From the NCBI GenBank assembly GCA_965262955.1, contig CBDHGE010000001.1, forward strand, positions 848,046 to 912,045: DNA of 64,000 bases, read 5' to 3'. Source of the stretch: Candidatus Poribacteria bacterium (GTDB taxonomy: Bacteria; Poribacteria; WGA-4E; WGA-3G). Positions 31,002 to 40,045 of the stretch are shown here, piece after piece. Each line of letters starts with the position of its first letter. The stretch's first letter is position 1. A program made the translations under genes and the position numbers. The notes beneath the pieces are model-generated. The model was not told the origin of the DNA. It searched no databases and saw only the letters and a list, made by a program, of their open reading frames with translations.

Positions 31002-32432
31002 ATGAATCGTATCTTTAAAAACACGTCTTCACTTTTTAGTGCCCACCTTATCAGTCGCCTCGGTTCACTTGTAATAACGATATGGCTCATGCCTCGTTAT
31101 TTCTCAGAAAGTGAACTTGGCGGCTATTTTGTTGCAATTGCGCTGACGAATCTGATTGCCAGTTTGACAGAACTGGGTATGCAAAATCCGCTCATACGGG
31201 AAATGACCCTGCACCTGCAACAGACGCGGCATTATCTTGGCAACGCGCTAATTGTCCGTGGGATTCTGTCGGTCATCGCTTACAGCATCATGATTGTCAG
31301 CGGTATATTCCTCTATCCTCCGATCATCGTGAAGATGATCGTCTTCTTAGGACTGGCAGAGATTGCGAATTCCTTGGCGCAGTTGTATCGGTGTGTCTTT
31401 CGCGCCCACGAGCAGATGAAGTACGAAGCGTTCACGGTGATAGCGGAGCGCGGTGTGTTTCTCGCAATCGGTGGTGGTGCGATCCTCTTCGGCTATGGAC
31501 TGCTAACTGTGTGTCAGGCGATGTTGGCGGCAGGCTGTATTAATCTGATTTTGAGCGTTGGACTCACCCGATACCGATTCACTGAACTCCGTTTCCAACC
31601 GAGTCGAGAGATTGTGACGACGTTGATGCAGCAGGCATTGCCGTTTGCGATCGGGAACCTTTTCAATCTTCTCTATTTTCGTGTCGATGCAATTATGGTT
31701 TCAAAACTGAGTTCGGATGGCATCAACGCTAATACATGGTATGGCTTGGCGTATACGATTGTCAACGCTTTTACGATTCTACCCGGGGCATTTATGATGG
31801 GGGCGATGTTTCCTGTGCTATCGCGAGCATGGGAGCGAGAGAAAGGGAGATTCCCGTCGGTCTACACATTCGGTATGCGGTGGATGGTACTGAGTGGACT
31901 TCCGTTGGCGGTTGGACTCTCAATATTATCCCCTGAAATTACAACGGTGCTGTTTCCAACCTATACATCGGACGAAGTGGGGAAAGTGGCAAACGCACTT
32001 CAATGGCTCGGCTGGGCAGGTGGTCTGATCTTCGTAACGACGGCGGTGCTGGCAGTGCTTCGAGCGACGGATAAACGCCGTGCTTTTTCAGTGCTCATGG
32101 GGATAACGGCACTCCTGAATATCTGCCTGAATTTATTTCTAATTCCGCGTTTCAGCCATGTAGGAGCGGCGATGGCGATGGTCATGAGTGAAGCGTTTTT
32201 GCTCGTCTTTGGGATCGGCTACATCTCAAGAAATATTATCAAATTCGGTGAGACCCCTCATATATTGCCGACCCTTTTGAAGACAGTTTTCCTCTCTGCT
32301 GTAATGGGTATCGGTTTGACGCTGTTGAAGGGCTTTCTCTCAATCTGGGTATTGATTCCGTTAGCGGTGGTGTTTTATGGCGGCGGGATTGCTGCGTTTG
32401 GAGAACTTCGGGCAAGACTTCGGTTTGATTAA
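31002..32432 (+). CDS. polysaccharide flippase (Wzx / MOP superfamily)
   Basis: About 12-14 transmembrane segments with a Wzx-like N-terminus. Confidence 0.6.
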   Translation: MNRIFKNTSSLFSAHLISRLGSLVITIWLMPRYFSESELGGYFVAIALTNLIASLTELGMQNPLIREMTLHLQQTRHYLGNALIVRGILSVIAYSIMIVSGIFLYPPIIVKMIVFLGLAEIANSLAQLYRCVFRAHEQMKYEAFTVIAERGVFLAIGGGAILFGYGLLTVCQAMLAAGCINLILSVGLTRYRFTELRFQPSREIVTTLMQQALPFAIGNLFNLLYFRVDAIMVSKLSSDGINANTWYGLAYTIVNAFTILPGAFMMGAMFPVLSRAWEREKGRFPSVYTFGMRWMVLSGLPLAVGLSILSPEITTVLFPTYTSDEVGKVANALQWLGWAGGLIFVTTAVLAVLRATDKRRAFSVLMGITALLNICLNLFLIPRFSHVGAAMAMVMSEAFLLVFGIGYISRNIIKFGETPHILPTLLKTVFLSAVMGIGLTLLKGFLSIWVLIPLAVVFYGGGIAAFGELRARLRFD

Positions 32433-32585
32433 GCGGATTTTGTTTTGATAAGGAGGCCACCAACGCGAATTCAATCTGTTCCAACTGGTAAAGAAAAACT
32501 TTCAAATTTAAATGTATGGTGCGATTAAAATTCCCCCAACTGGAGCAAACTGCAGCTTAGCGTTATAACTACAGAAACTTAACTT

Positions 32586-32852
32586 TTAGGATGACAAAAA
32601 CTTAACAATTAATGGAATAACAATAGCTGCAATAGCAACAGCTATCCCTATACTCCACTGTAAGCGCGTTTCTAATCGTGTAATTCTGTCATTGAGATCA
32701 ACTTTAACTTCCTTAATCCGATCCTCAAGACGCGACTCAAGTTTCTCAAGCTCTCTATCAACCACGTATTCTTTGAGATTATAAATTTCTAGCACACGTT
32801 GAGCGTCCTCAGACATCTCAGGTTTCGGATCATCCATGACAATTCCTCTCAA
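32586..32852 (-). CDS. small coiled-coil protein with a C-terminal transmembrane helix
   Basis: Heptad-rich coiled coil followed by IGIAVAIAAIVIPLIV. Confidence 0.4.
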   Translation of the reverse strand: MRGIVMDDPKPEMSEDAQRVLEIYNLKEYVVDRELEKLESRLEDRIKEVKVDLNDRITRLETRLQWSIGIAVAIAAIVIPLIVKFLSS

Positions 32853-32935
32853 AAATTCAATAAATTTTAATTTTCAACTATCAGACTATAGTCACGTCTG
32901 ATGTTGAAAAATGGATCGGTGCGGATAGGTCGAAA

Positions 32936-33259
32936 TTAGTTTTTTTGGAGATTCCGCCTGATCTTCAAGTATTCAAAAAGAGATCTAGCAAAAGAGTTTC
33001 CAGCTCCATCTGCTATCTCCTTTAAGAACTCATCAGAACAATCAGTAAAATCGAAACCTGCTTCTTTAATTGCATCTTCCATACCAGAAGCCATTTTGGT
33101 GACAAATTCCTTATTCTTTTCAAAATAATACATGTCCAAACTCATTGGATTCTCCAGTGCCAGTCCTTTTATCCCCCTACCATGGTGGGAAGCGACAGAA
33201 ACGGAAAGACCTGACTCGTGGTAGTGCCGTTTAAAACTGGTTATAACAGTATAACACAC
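32936..33259 (-). CDS. hypothetical protein
   Basis: ORF only. An internal start MSLDMYYF is plausible. Confidence 0.3.
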   Translation of the reverse strand: MCYTVITSFKRHYHESGLSVSVASHHGRGIKGLALENPMSLDMYYFEKNKEFVTKMASGMEDAIKEAGFDFTDCSDEFLKEIADGAGNSFARSLFEYLKIRRNLQKN

Positions 33260-33405
33260 ACAAACACAAATTACAAATCTCCATTTTTATGCCAGTTCAC
33301 GTCTATTCGCTTTTCAGCATCTCGTGAAATTTATAATTACTGACATACTTTGTGATATGATTACTGCGGCCAATGTTAACTTGTTTTTATATTTTGCTAT
33401 AAACC

Positions 33406-36400
33406 TTATTTCACTATCACCACTCGCTGTGTTGCAACGAAATCTCCCGCTATAAACTGTAAAAAATAGACCCCACTTGAAACGGATTCGCCTATCTCAT
33501 TGCGTCCATCCCAATAGGCAGCTTGTTCTCGTGTAAGATAGTATCCTACAGGTTTGAATCCGACAGAAATTGTTCGGACCAAACGACCGCTGACATCGTA
33601 GATTTTCACGTTCACATCTGCTGCTTCTGCCAATTGATATGGAATCCATGTCTCTGGATTAAAGGGGTTGGGGTAATTCGGGAGGAGTTTCGTCTCCGCG
33701 ACGCTTCGATTGGCGTTTTCCAACCAGCGACGTAAAAACTGAATCGTTATTCTAATATTAGGCGATTTCTCTGAGACTGCTTCTAACTCTCGCATCGCAC
33801 GTTGGACTACAATAATTTCTTCAACGGAAGATGTTGTAGATTTGATCGTGTCCATTTGAGAAGGAGCGGCGGCAACCTTTTCACCGAGTTGCTCGGCAAC
33901 AAGCACAAGGTCAAGGACATTTACCTGTCCGTCGTTGTTGACATCCGCCTTCGGATTAGGGGGTGGCTTTCGCCCAAGATTCTGTCCAACAATAACGAGA
34001 TCGAGGATGTTGACTGTTCCGTCCTGATTGACATCGCCACTGGGTTCGATGCCCTCAGCGGTAATAAACAGATCCGCCCAAAATGCCCAGTCGCATCCTG
34101 CATCTTCCCTGGGATCAGTGACTAATTCTAATAACACATGGTCACCCACGTGTTTCGAAAGAGATATGTTGGCATCCTCCCATCTAAAGGTGTTTGCGAA
34201 ATGTTCAAATTGCGCTTTACCGTTTACAAGTACCTTAAAAGATACACCATTACTACATCCATCTTGTAATCCCATTGAAAAAGAAAATGTTAACTCTTTC
34301 GCTTGAGGTACGGAAAGTAAGAATTGAAGAACAGTCTGACCAAACCGCGGAGGGTGGGCAACAATACTCTTCTTGCGAATGCCGTCGACCGCCACAATAG
34401 TAGGTTCACCTGAGTTCCAGGCACTTCCGAGTCGGAATATACCGTCAAACTCCAATCCCGCGACAAAATCAGCGTCTCTCAAATTATATCGGGAACCCAC
34501 TTGTTCACCAGATTTAAACAAAAAAAGAATTTGTGTCGGTAGTTCAGTTTCCAGCGAATATTGTCCATTTCTTTCATATTCCACTGTATCAGGGAAAATT
34601 TTTACCGGTTCATTAGGCAAGAAAAATCTGAATTTTGCAAGTTCATTTGATGGTTCAGAAACGATTTTCGGTTCGCCCCACATTGGCCAATCCCAACCTG
34701 GATCTCCATTGGGTCCTGGATTGGTGGTAAAACGCAGTTTAATGTGTTGTCCACGATAAGGTGTTAAATCAAGATTGATGTGCTTCCATTTCCGTTGATT
34801 GTAATGTTCACGAAAAATTTCGTTGCCCTGAATAGAAACAATAAAAGTTCCACCATCGGATTTCTCATGACCCGGCCCATCCCACAGTCCAATATCAAAT
34901 TCTAAACGGATATGCGGACTATCTGGAAGCGAGAGTGTCCACTCCCCAAACGTATCACCCTTGATATCTTGCCAAGGAGGTTGTGCTGCAATCATATCTT
35001 TATGAATAGCAGCAAGAATAGTATCACTTAGCCGGAAAGTAGCCCCCTTCTGTAGACGCAATTCTTCTCCATTCGCGACAATACCCATTTTCAGAAGATG
35101 AAATTGTGATAATAAATCAATTTCATAAGAAACATACGTCCTTTCGAGTCGAAACAGGGCAGCGTTTTCTGTCACACGTGATTCTGTTACAAAAACGTTT
35201 TCTGGTAATGAATTAATATGCATTTGAGAGAAATCGCGCGGGATATTGCTTAAGAAATAAGATTGCTTTGGATTCAATCCAAGTATTTTCGTCTCGTTGT
35301 AAGCATGCCAGTGCGGAAGACTTCGATTGGTTGTTACCTGCGTTACACCAAAGACTCTTTCATATCCAGCATCTGTTTCAGGTAAACGAAAAATAACGCC
35401 ACCGTCAGTGGCACTCAATGTTGCAATTTCACCGTCCTGCCCAATATATTGAAACAAATTTTCATGTCCCCAATCCGTCTCAAAATCGGGTTTCAAACCA
35501 AGTTCCTGCCAAGTTCGAGCGATTGAGAGTAACTTCTGCGCGTTGGTATGTTCAGGATCCAATTGTGAAGTCCGTCTAAGTCTAAGTGTTGGCAAAACAC
35601 CCCAATGCTCGTAAGAATCCATGAACTCTTGATAAAGTTGTGGTTCGCTATCTGGATTAGGTAACCCTAAATAACCACAAGGGAGTGTATAGAGAGAAAA
35701 TAAAAACGCACTAATTGGATGAGGTTTTGCTGATGGTTCGCCGTTCCAAGGCGTAACGCGCCAACGCTGGGCGAAACTTTCGCGAAAGAAGGTCACCTCG
35801 TGGAGACCTTCGCCGCCGAAGACAACGCTTGGCATTGCTTCTGCTAATTCCAAATGCATTAGGACGTTCCCTTGAGCAGCGGTTAGTCCTTCAATTAATC
35901 CATTTGCATCATTTACCACAGCGTGACTGATGTCCAAAAAAAATGCATCCACCCGATGTTCTCTCCATATTTCTTTCAATTGTTGAATGAAGTGTTTTCT
36001 AAATTTAGAATCAGCCAGATTTATGAATGCATGACGTTTAGGGTCCTCTATCTGCTCCCACTTCCAACCGATCAAATCACCAGACCATTCGTCTCGGAAT
36101 TGAGATTTCTTAAACTCAGCATACAGCGGATGATAGGGCGAGACCCCAACAAGATTCGTGTGCGGCATCACTCGAAACCCATATTGATGTGCTGCTTTGA
36201 CGAACTCCCCAAAACCCACTTTTGGCGTATAATCGGGATAATTCACATCATGACCATCTTTGGTCCAACCTACGAGATACAGTAGGGTTTTTGTCGGATC
36301 AACTTGCTCCGCCAATTTATCTAACACGTTGGTATCCAATAATCCAAGAAGGTTAACAACTAAGCCAATTTCTTGAACCCACGCTGGCATCTCATCCAAT

Positions 36401-37281
36401 CGCCACGGCTTGAATGTCTGTTCCATCCAATCCCGATACTGTCGTGCGGGCACACGCCAATCGCCTGTGTATGTATTCAATCTCCATACAACAGATGTCG
36501 CGGATGTAAGGGCATCAAAAGGTGCTTGATTTTGCGTTTCAAAACCGAGCGCGAAACTCTCTATATCTTTTTCATAGTGGAGTGCTTTAAACTGAAAAGT
36601 TACATCTGTACTGCGAACGAAAAAACCCCCCTGTTCTCCTTGAAGAACTGCGAGTTGTGCTTCCCAAATGCCAGCTTTCCAAACGCCAGGATAAGTAAAG
36701 GTTCTAGAAACAATTGGAGACCCAGCATCAATTATTTGCCCACCACGTGCTGGAAGGATGAAGTCCAGATTCCTGACATCCAGATTTCCACAGCCCCACT
36801 GAATGCCATAGACACCTGCTGTATCCGAAATACCTTCCTGTTCAATCAGCAGATCGCCCGATCTCGCGTCAATGCCTATAAGCAGACGAATCTCGTTTTG
36901 CCCTTGGCTAAATACATATTCTGCTCTGAGAGGCGCGATTTTCCTTGTCTGCGTTAGTGTCGCTTGGTCGGCCCAGATAGATCCACCGTTTCTCCTTAGT
37001 AATCCACTGCGTCCACCGATACCTAAAGGTACACCGTCAACACCTAAAGAGAGGGTATAGTCTTCCAATGTGAGTTTGTTGTGGATTTGGGTGATAACGC
37101 CGTCGGTGAACTGGACTTCATAGGTATCGGTTTCGACAAAAACGCTATTGTCAACGACCTTAATTTCAGCGGATTGGGCTATTTGAGAATGGAACAGACA
37201 GAATATGCCAGTCAGAAGAATTATAGCAAAGAAACGCAAATTGTTTTCTCCTCCAAAACTTAGGGAAAAACTTACAAACAC
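33406..37281 (-). CDS. giant secreted multidomain protein: glycoside-hydrolase-like TIM-barrel region, beta-sandwich domains, two dockerin-type repeats, and a T9SS-type C-terminal sorting domain
   Basis: Signal peptide. Dockerin repeats DVNQDGTVNILDLVIV and DVNNDGQVNVLDLVLV. The final ~80 aa (NPFNPETWIPYQL...IYDVSGRLV...WDGRNEIGESVSSGVYFLQFIAGDF) match the Por_Secre_tail / TIGR04183 pattern. Confidence 0.6.
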   Translation of the reverse strand: MFVSFSLSFGGENNLRFFAIILLTGIFCLFHSQIAQSAEIKVVDNSVFVETDTYEVQFTDGVITQIHNKLTLEDYTLSLGVDGVPLGIGGRSGLLRRNGGSIWADQATLTQTRKIAPLRAEYVFSQGQNEIRLLIGIDARSGDLLIEQEGISDTAGVYGIQWGCGNLDVRNLDFILPARGGQIIDAGSPIVSRTFTYPGVWKAGIWEAQLAVLQGEQGGFFVRSTDVTFQFKALHYEKDIESFALGFETQNQAPFDALTSATSVVWRLNTYTGDWRVPARQYRDWMEQTFKPWRLDEMPAWVQEIGLVVNLLGLLDTNVLDKLAEQVDPTKTLLYLVGWTKDGHDVNYPDYTPKVGFGEFVKAAHQYGFRVMPHTNLVGVSPYHPLYAEFKKSQFRDEWSGDLIGWKWEQIEDPKRHAFINLADSKFRKHFIQQLKEIWREHRVDAFFLDISHAVVNDANGLIEGLTAAQGNVLMHLELAEAMPSVVFGGEGLHEVTFFRESFAQRWRVTPWNGEPSAKPHPISAFLFSLYTLPCGYLGLPNPDSEPQLYQEFMDSYEHWGVLPTLRLRRTSQLDPEHTNAQKLLSIARTWQELGLKPDFETDWGHENLFQYIGQDGEIATLSATDGGVIFRLPETDAGYERVFGVTQVTTNRSLPHWHAYNETKILGLNPKQSYFLSNIPRDFSQMHINSLPENVFVTESRVTENAALFRLERTYVSYEIDLLSQFHLLKMGIVANGEELRLQKGATFRLSDTILAAIHKDMIAAQPPWQDIKGDTFGEWTLSLPDSPHIRLEFDIGLWDGPGHEKSDGGTFIVSIQGNEIFREHYNQRKWKHINLDLTPYRGQHIKLRFTTNPGPNGDPGWDWPMWGEPKIVSEPSNELAKFRFFLPNEPVKIFPDTVEYERNGQYSLETELPTQILFLFKSGEQVGSRYNLRDADFVAGLEFDGIFRLGSAWNSGEPTIVAVDGIRKKSIVAHPPRFGQTVLQFLLSVPQAKELTFSFSMGLQDGCSNGVSFKVLVNGKAQFEHFANTFRWEDANISLSKHVGDHVLLELVTDPREDAGCDWAFWADLFITAEGIEPSGDVNQDGTVNILDLVIVGQNLGRKPPPNPKADVNNDGQVNVLDLVLVAEQLGEKVAAAPSQMDTIKSTTSSVEEIIVVQRAMRELEAVSEKSPNIRITIQFLRRWLENANRSVAETKLLPNYPNPFNPETWIPYQLAEAADVNVKIYDVSGRLVRTISVGFKPVGYYLTREQAAYWDGRNEIGESVSSGVYFLQFIAGDFVATQRVVIVK

Positions 37282-37329
37282 TCAAAAAGAGGCATTTATA
37301 GTGTGCTAAATTTAGTTACTAACTGTTGC

Positions 37330-37400
37330 AGACATGTCGCCCCGCTGGGGCTTAGTGATGGGGAACATCAATTCTATAGACATGTCGCCCCGCTGGGGCT
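37330..37400. repeat. two perfect 23-bp direct repeats, agacatgtcgccccgctggggct, separated by a 25-bp spacer
   Basis: Copies at 37330-37352 and 37378-37400. Each contains a GC hairpin gcccc-gct-ggggc. Confidence 0.8.
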
Positions 37401-37456
37401 GCCATCGGGTGACATTGTCAACCTTTCTCTATCGTGATCCAACCCAACCGACACGC

Positions 37457-38728
37457 TCAGGTGTACAACCCTTCAAGTACCTGAAAATAGTGGGGGAATG
37501 TTTTGCTGACACACTCTGGATTATTAATTTGAATACCACTTGCCTTTAAGCCGATGAGTGAAAACGCCATCGCTACTCGGTGGTCGTCGTAGGTATCAAT
37601 CGCTGCGGGGGTAATAGGGGAGGGTAAAATCTCGATTCCGTCTTGGTGTTCAACGACAAGTACGCCTAACTTTTGGAGTTCTGTCACCATTGCATGGATC
37701 CGGTCAGTTTCTTGCCAGCGTGTGTGTTCAATGTTTCGGATGGTTACTTTGCTATCGGCGAAAGGAGCGATCGCAGCGAGCGTCAAGGAAGTATCGGAAA
37801 TCGCTCGCATATCCACATCAATCCCTTTTAATTGGCGCGGTCCGGTAACGGTAATGCCAATGTCTGATACATTAACGTGACACCCCATTTGCTCTAAAAT
37901 GTGGACAAATCGAACATCGCCTTGCGGAGAATCTAAGTGTAGATGTTGGACAGTGACACGGCCCCCGGTGAGCGCGGCAGCAGCAAAGAAGTAAGAGGCA
38001 CTGGAGGCATCAGGTTCAATGTTATAGACCCGTGGCTGATACTGCTGCCCGCTTTCAATCCGAAAATATTTATAATCTTCGTTAGTGACCTGCCCCCCGA
38101 ACGCTTCCATGACTGCAAGGGTGATGTCAATATAGGGCATTTTGCGGTCGCCAACGATTTCTATTTCCATGCCGTTTTTGGCACACGGCGCGATGAGCAA
38201 CAACGCCGTTAAGAATTGACTACTTTTACTGACATCCAGCCGGGTTTTTCCACCCTCAAGTCCGTTTGCCTCAACAATAACAGGAAGATGTCCGTTGTCA
38301 AATTGCGAACGCGCCAAAACCCCAATTTGTGTCAGTGAATCCAATAAATCGGAGATCGGACGACCGTGGCGCATCGGTTCATCGCCATCAATGATGAATT
38401 TCCCATGACCTAACGAGACGTAGGCGGTAAGGGAACGTGAGGTAGTCCCTGAGTTCCCGATATAGAGCTTCGCACTCGAAACCGGAATATCACCACCATT
38501 CCCATGGACGTCAAATGTTGCTCGCTTTTCATCAGCCTCAACTTTGACTCCGAGTTTTCGTAGCGACGCAGACATATAATGCGTATCATCGCTGAAGAGG
38601 GCACCCGTCACAGTCGAAACACCGCGTGCCATTGCAGCAACCAACAATGCCCGGTTGGTATAACTTTTGGAACCCGGGACCTCTATCGTAGCATCAAGTG
38701 GTTTGCGAAGCGGCTGGATTTCAATCAT
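37457..38728 (-). CDS. aroA: 3-phosphoshikimate 1-carboxyvinyltransferase (EPSP synthase)
   Basis: PGSKSYTNRALLVAAMA...LFSDDT and the full-length fold. Confidence 0.9.
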   Translation of the reverse strand: MIEIQPLRKPLDATIEVPGSKSYTNRALLVAAMARGVSTVTGALFSDDTHYMSASLRKLGVKVEADEKRATFDVHGNGGDIPVSSAKLYIGNSGTTSRSLTAYVSLGHGKFIIDGDEPMRHGRPISDLLDSLTQIGVLARSQFDNGHLPVIVEANGLEGGKTRLDVSKSSQFLTALLLIAPCAKNGMEIEIVGDRKMPYIDITLAVMEAFGGQVTNEDYKYFRIESGQQYQPRVYNIEPDASSASYFFAAAALTGGRVTVQHLHLDSPQGDVRFVHILEQMGCHVNVSDIGITVTGPRQLKGIDVDMRAISDTSLTLAAIAPFADSKVTIRNIEHTRWQETDRIHAMVTELQKLGVLVVEHQDGIEILPSPITPAAIDTYDDHRVAMAFSLIGLKASGIQINNPECVSKTFPHYFQVLEGLYT

Positions 38729-39624
38729 TCAACAATTCCTTCGTCCGTCAGCAATTGTCGAAGTTCGGCTTTCGCAGATTCACTCACTGGAAGCAACGGG
38801 TTTGTGGTGTAAGCGTTGCAGACACCTAAAATTTCGAGACACGCCTTCATACCACTGACACCTTGTCCATAGGTATACATCTTGCTGAGTCGGAGCAACA
38901 TCTTCTGTAAGCGGTGGACTTCATCAATGTCGCGTGCCTTTGCGGCGTTGTAGAGCGCGACCGATTCTTTTGGGGCGACATTTGAAATCGAGACGACACC
39001 ACCGTCAGCACCGAATAGTACAGCTGCGCCGAGGGCAGTATGCGAACCGAGCATAACAGCGAAATCTGTCCGATCACCAAGCAAGTTCAGGAGACTGAGG
39101 CAGTTCGTCCAATCGCCGGAACTGTCTTTAATACCGACGATGTTATCACAATCCTCTGCGAGTTCAGCAACGACCTGTGGCTTGATCATGGTCTTAACAG
39201 TTGAAGGGATGTTGTAAATGAAAACGGGCAGCTCAGTGCTTCCAGCAACAGCGTGATAGAATTGAATCAAATCTGCATCGTCGGTGGAGGAGTAGTAGTA
39301 ACCCGGAGTAGCGGCGACCGCATCAACACCGAACTGTTCAGCGGTTTCAATATTTTGGATGACGCGCTGGGCACTCGTGTCCATCACACCACAGATAATC
39401 GGGACCCGTCCGCCAACTGTCTTAATAGCAATATCCATTGCGCGTTCGCGTTCTGTATTCGTCAACGTCGTAAGTTCGCCAGAAGTTCCCAATAGATAGA
39501 TGCCGTGGACACCGTTATCAATCAAGCGATTGAGTTGCTTGACGAACCCGAGTTCATCGACGCGTTCCTTTTCATCAAGCGGCGTTACTGTCGGTGAAAA
39601 AACACCTTCAAATCGGATATTCAT
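38725..39624 (-). CDS. dapA: 4-hydroxy-tetrahydrodipicolinate synthase (DHDPS / NAL family)
   Basis: GTSGE motif and catalytic Lys in VGIKDSSG. Overlaps aroA by 4 nt. Confidence 0.65.
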   Translation of the reverse strand: MNIRFEGVFSPTVTPLDEKERVDELGFVKQLNRLIDNGVHGIYLLGTSGELTTLTNTERERAMDIAIKTVGGRVPIICGVMDTSAQRVIQNIETAEQFGVDAVAATPGYYYSSTDDADLIQFYHAVAGSTELPVFIYNIPSTVKTMIKPQVVAELAEDCDNIVGIKDSSGDWTNCLSLLNLLGDRTDFAVMLGSHTALGAAVLFGADGGVVSISNVAPKESVALYNAAKARDIDEVHRLQKMLLRLSKMYTYGQGVSGMKACLEILGVCNAYTTNPLLPVSESAKAELRQLLTDEGIVE

Positions 39625-40045
39625 GAATACCTCCTACGAGGGGTAATAGAAGTCTTTCCTGTTCGTACGGACTTGCAAGTAATACCTCACAAATCATCTG
39701 TCAGCTTAAAATTTCAGTTTATCAGAATTTGGTTTAGATGTCAAGGTGAAAAAAAGATAACAGCCGTCAGGCGTCAGCTGTCAGCTGTCAATAGTAAGAA
39801 GTTGGGAACTTGGGAAGAGGTGAAGTTGCATGAAGTTTAAGAATTTAAATTCGGTATTTTTTTTTTGGATGTCCCAAAATGACCTTAGTCCAAGTAAGTT
39901 TGGGCTTGCAGCTGTGTTGGTAATATGCTATCATTGTGTTAAAATCTGACTAAGTAACACTGATCACGTACACTGTATGTATACTCCCTAACAGAGTAAA
40001 CGGGTAGGAGATAGCGGGTGTAGCGCACCAAGAAAAAAAATAAAA

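Noticed and set aside
37330-37400. CRISPR-like repeat-spacer geometry (23-bp repeats, 25-bp spacer)
   Set aside because: Only two repeat units, no cas genes in the window, and the repeat is a GC hairpin typical of REP-like elements. Reported as a repeat, not as CRISPR.
37334-37549. 71-aa ORF beginning MSPRWGLVMGNINSIDMSPRWG
   Set aside because: The duplicated peptide comes from translating the two 23-bp direct repeats. It overlaps the aroA 3' end on the opposite strand.
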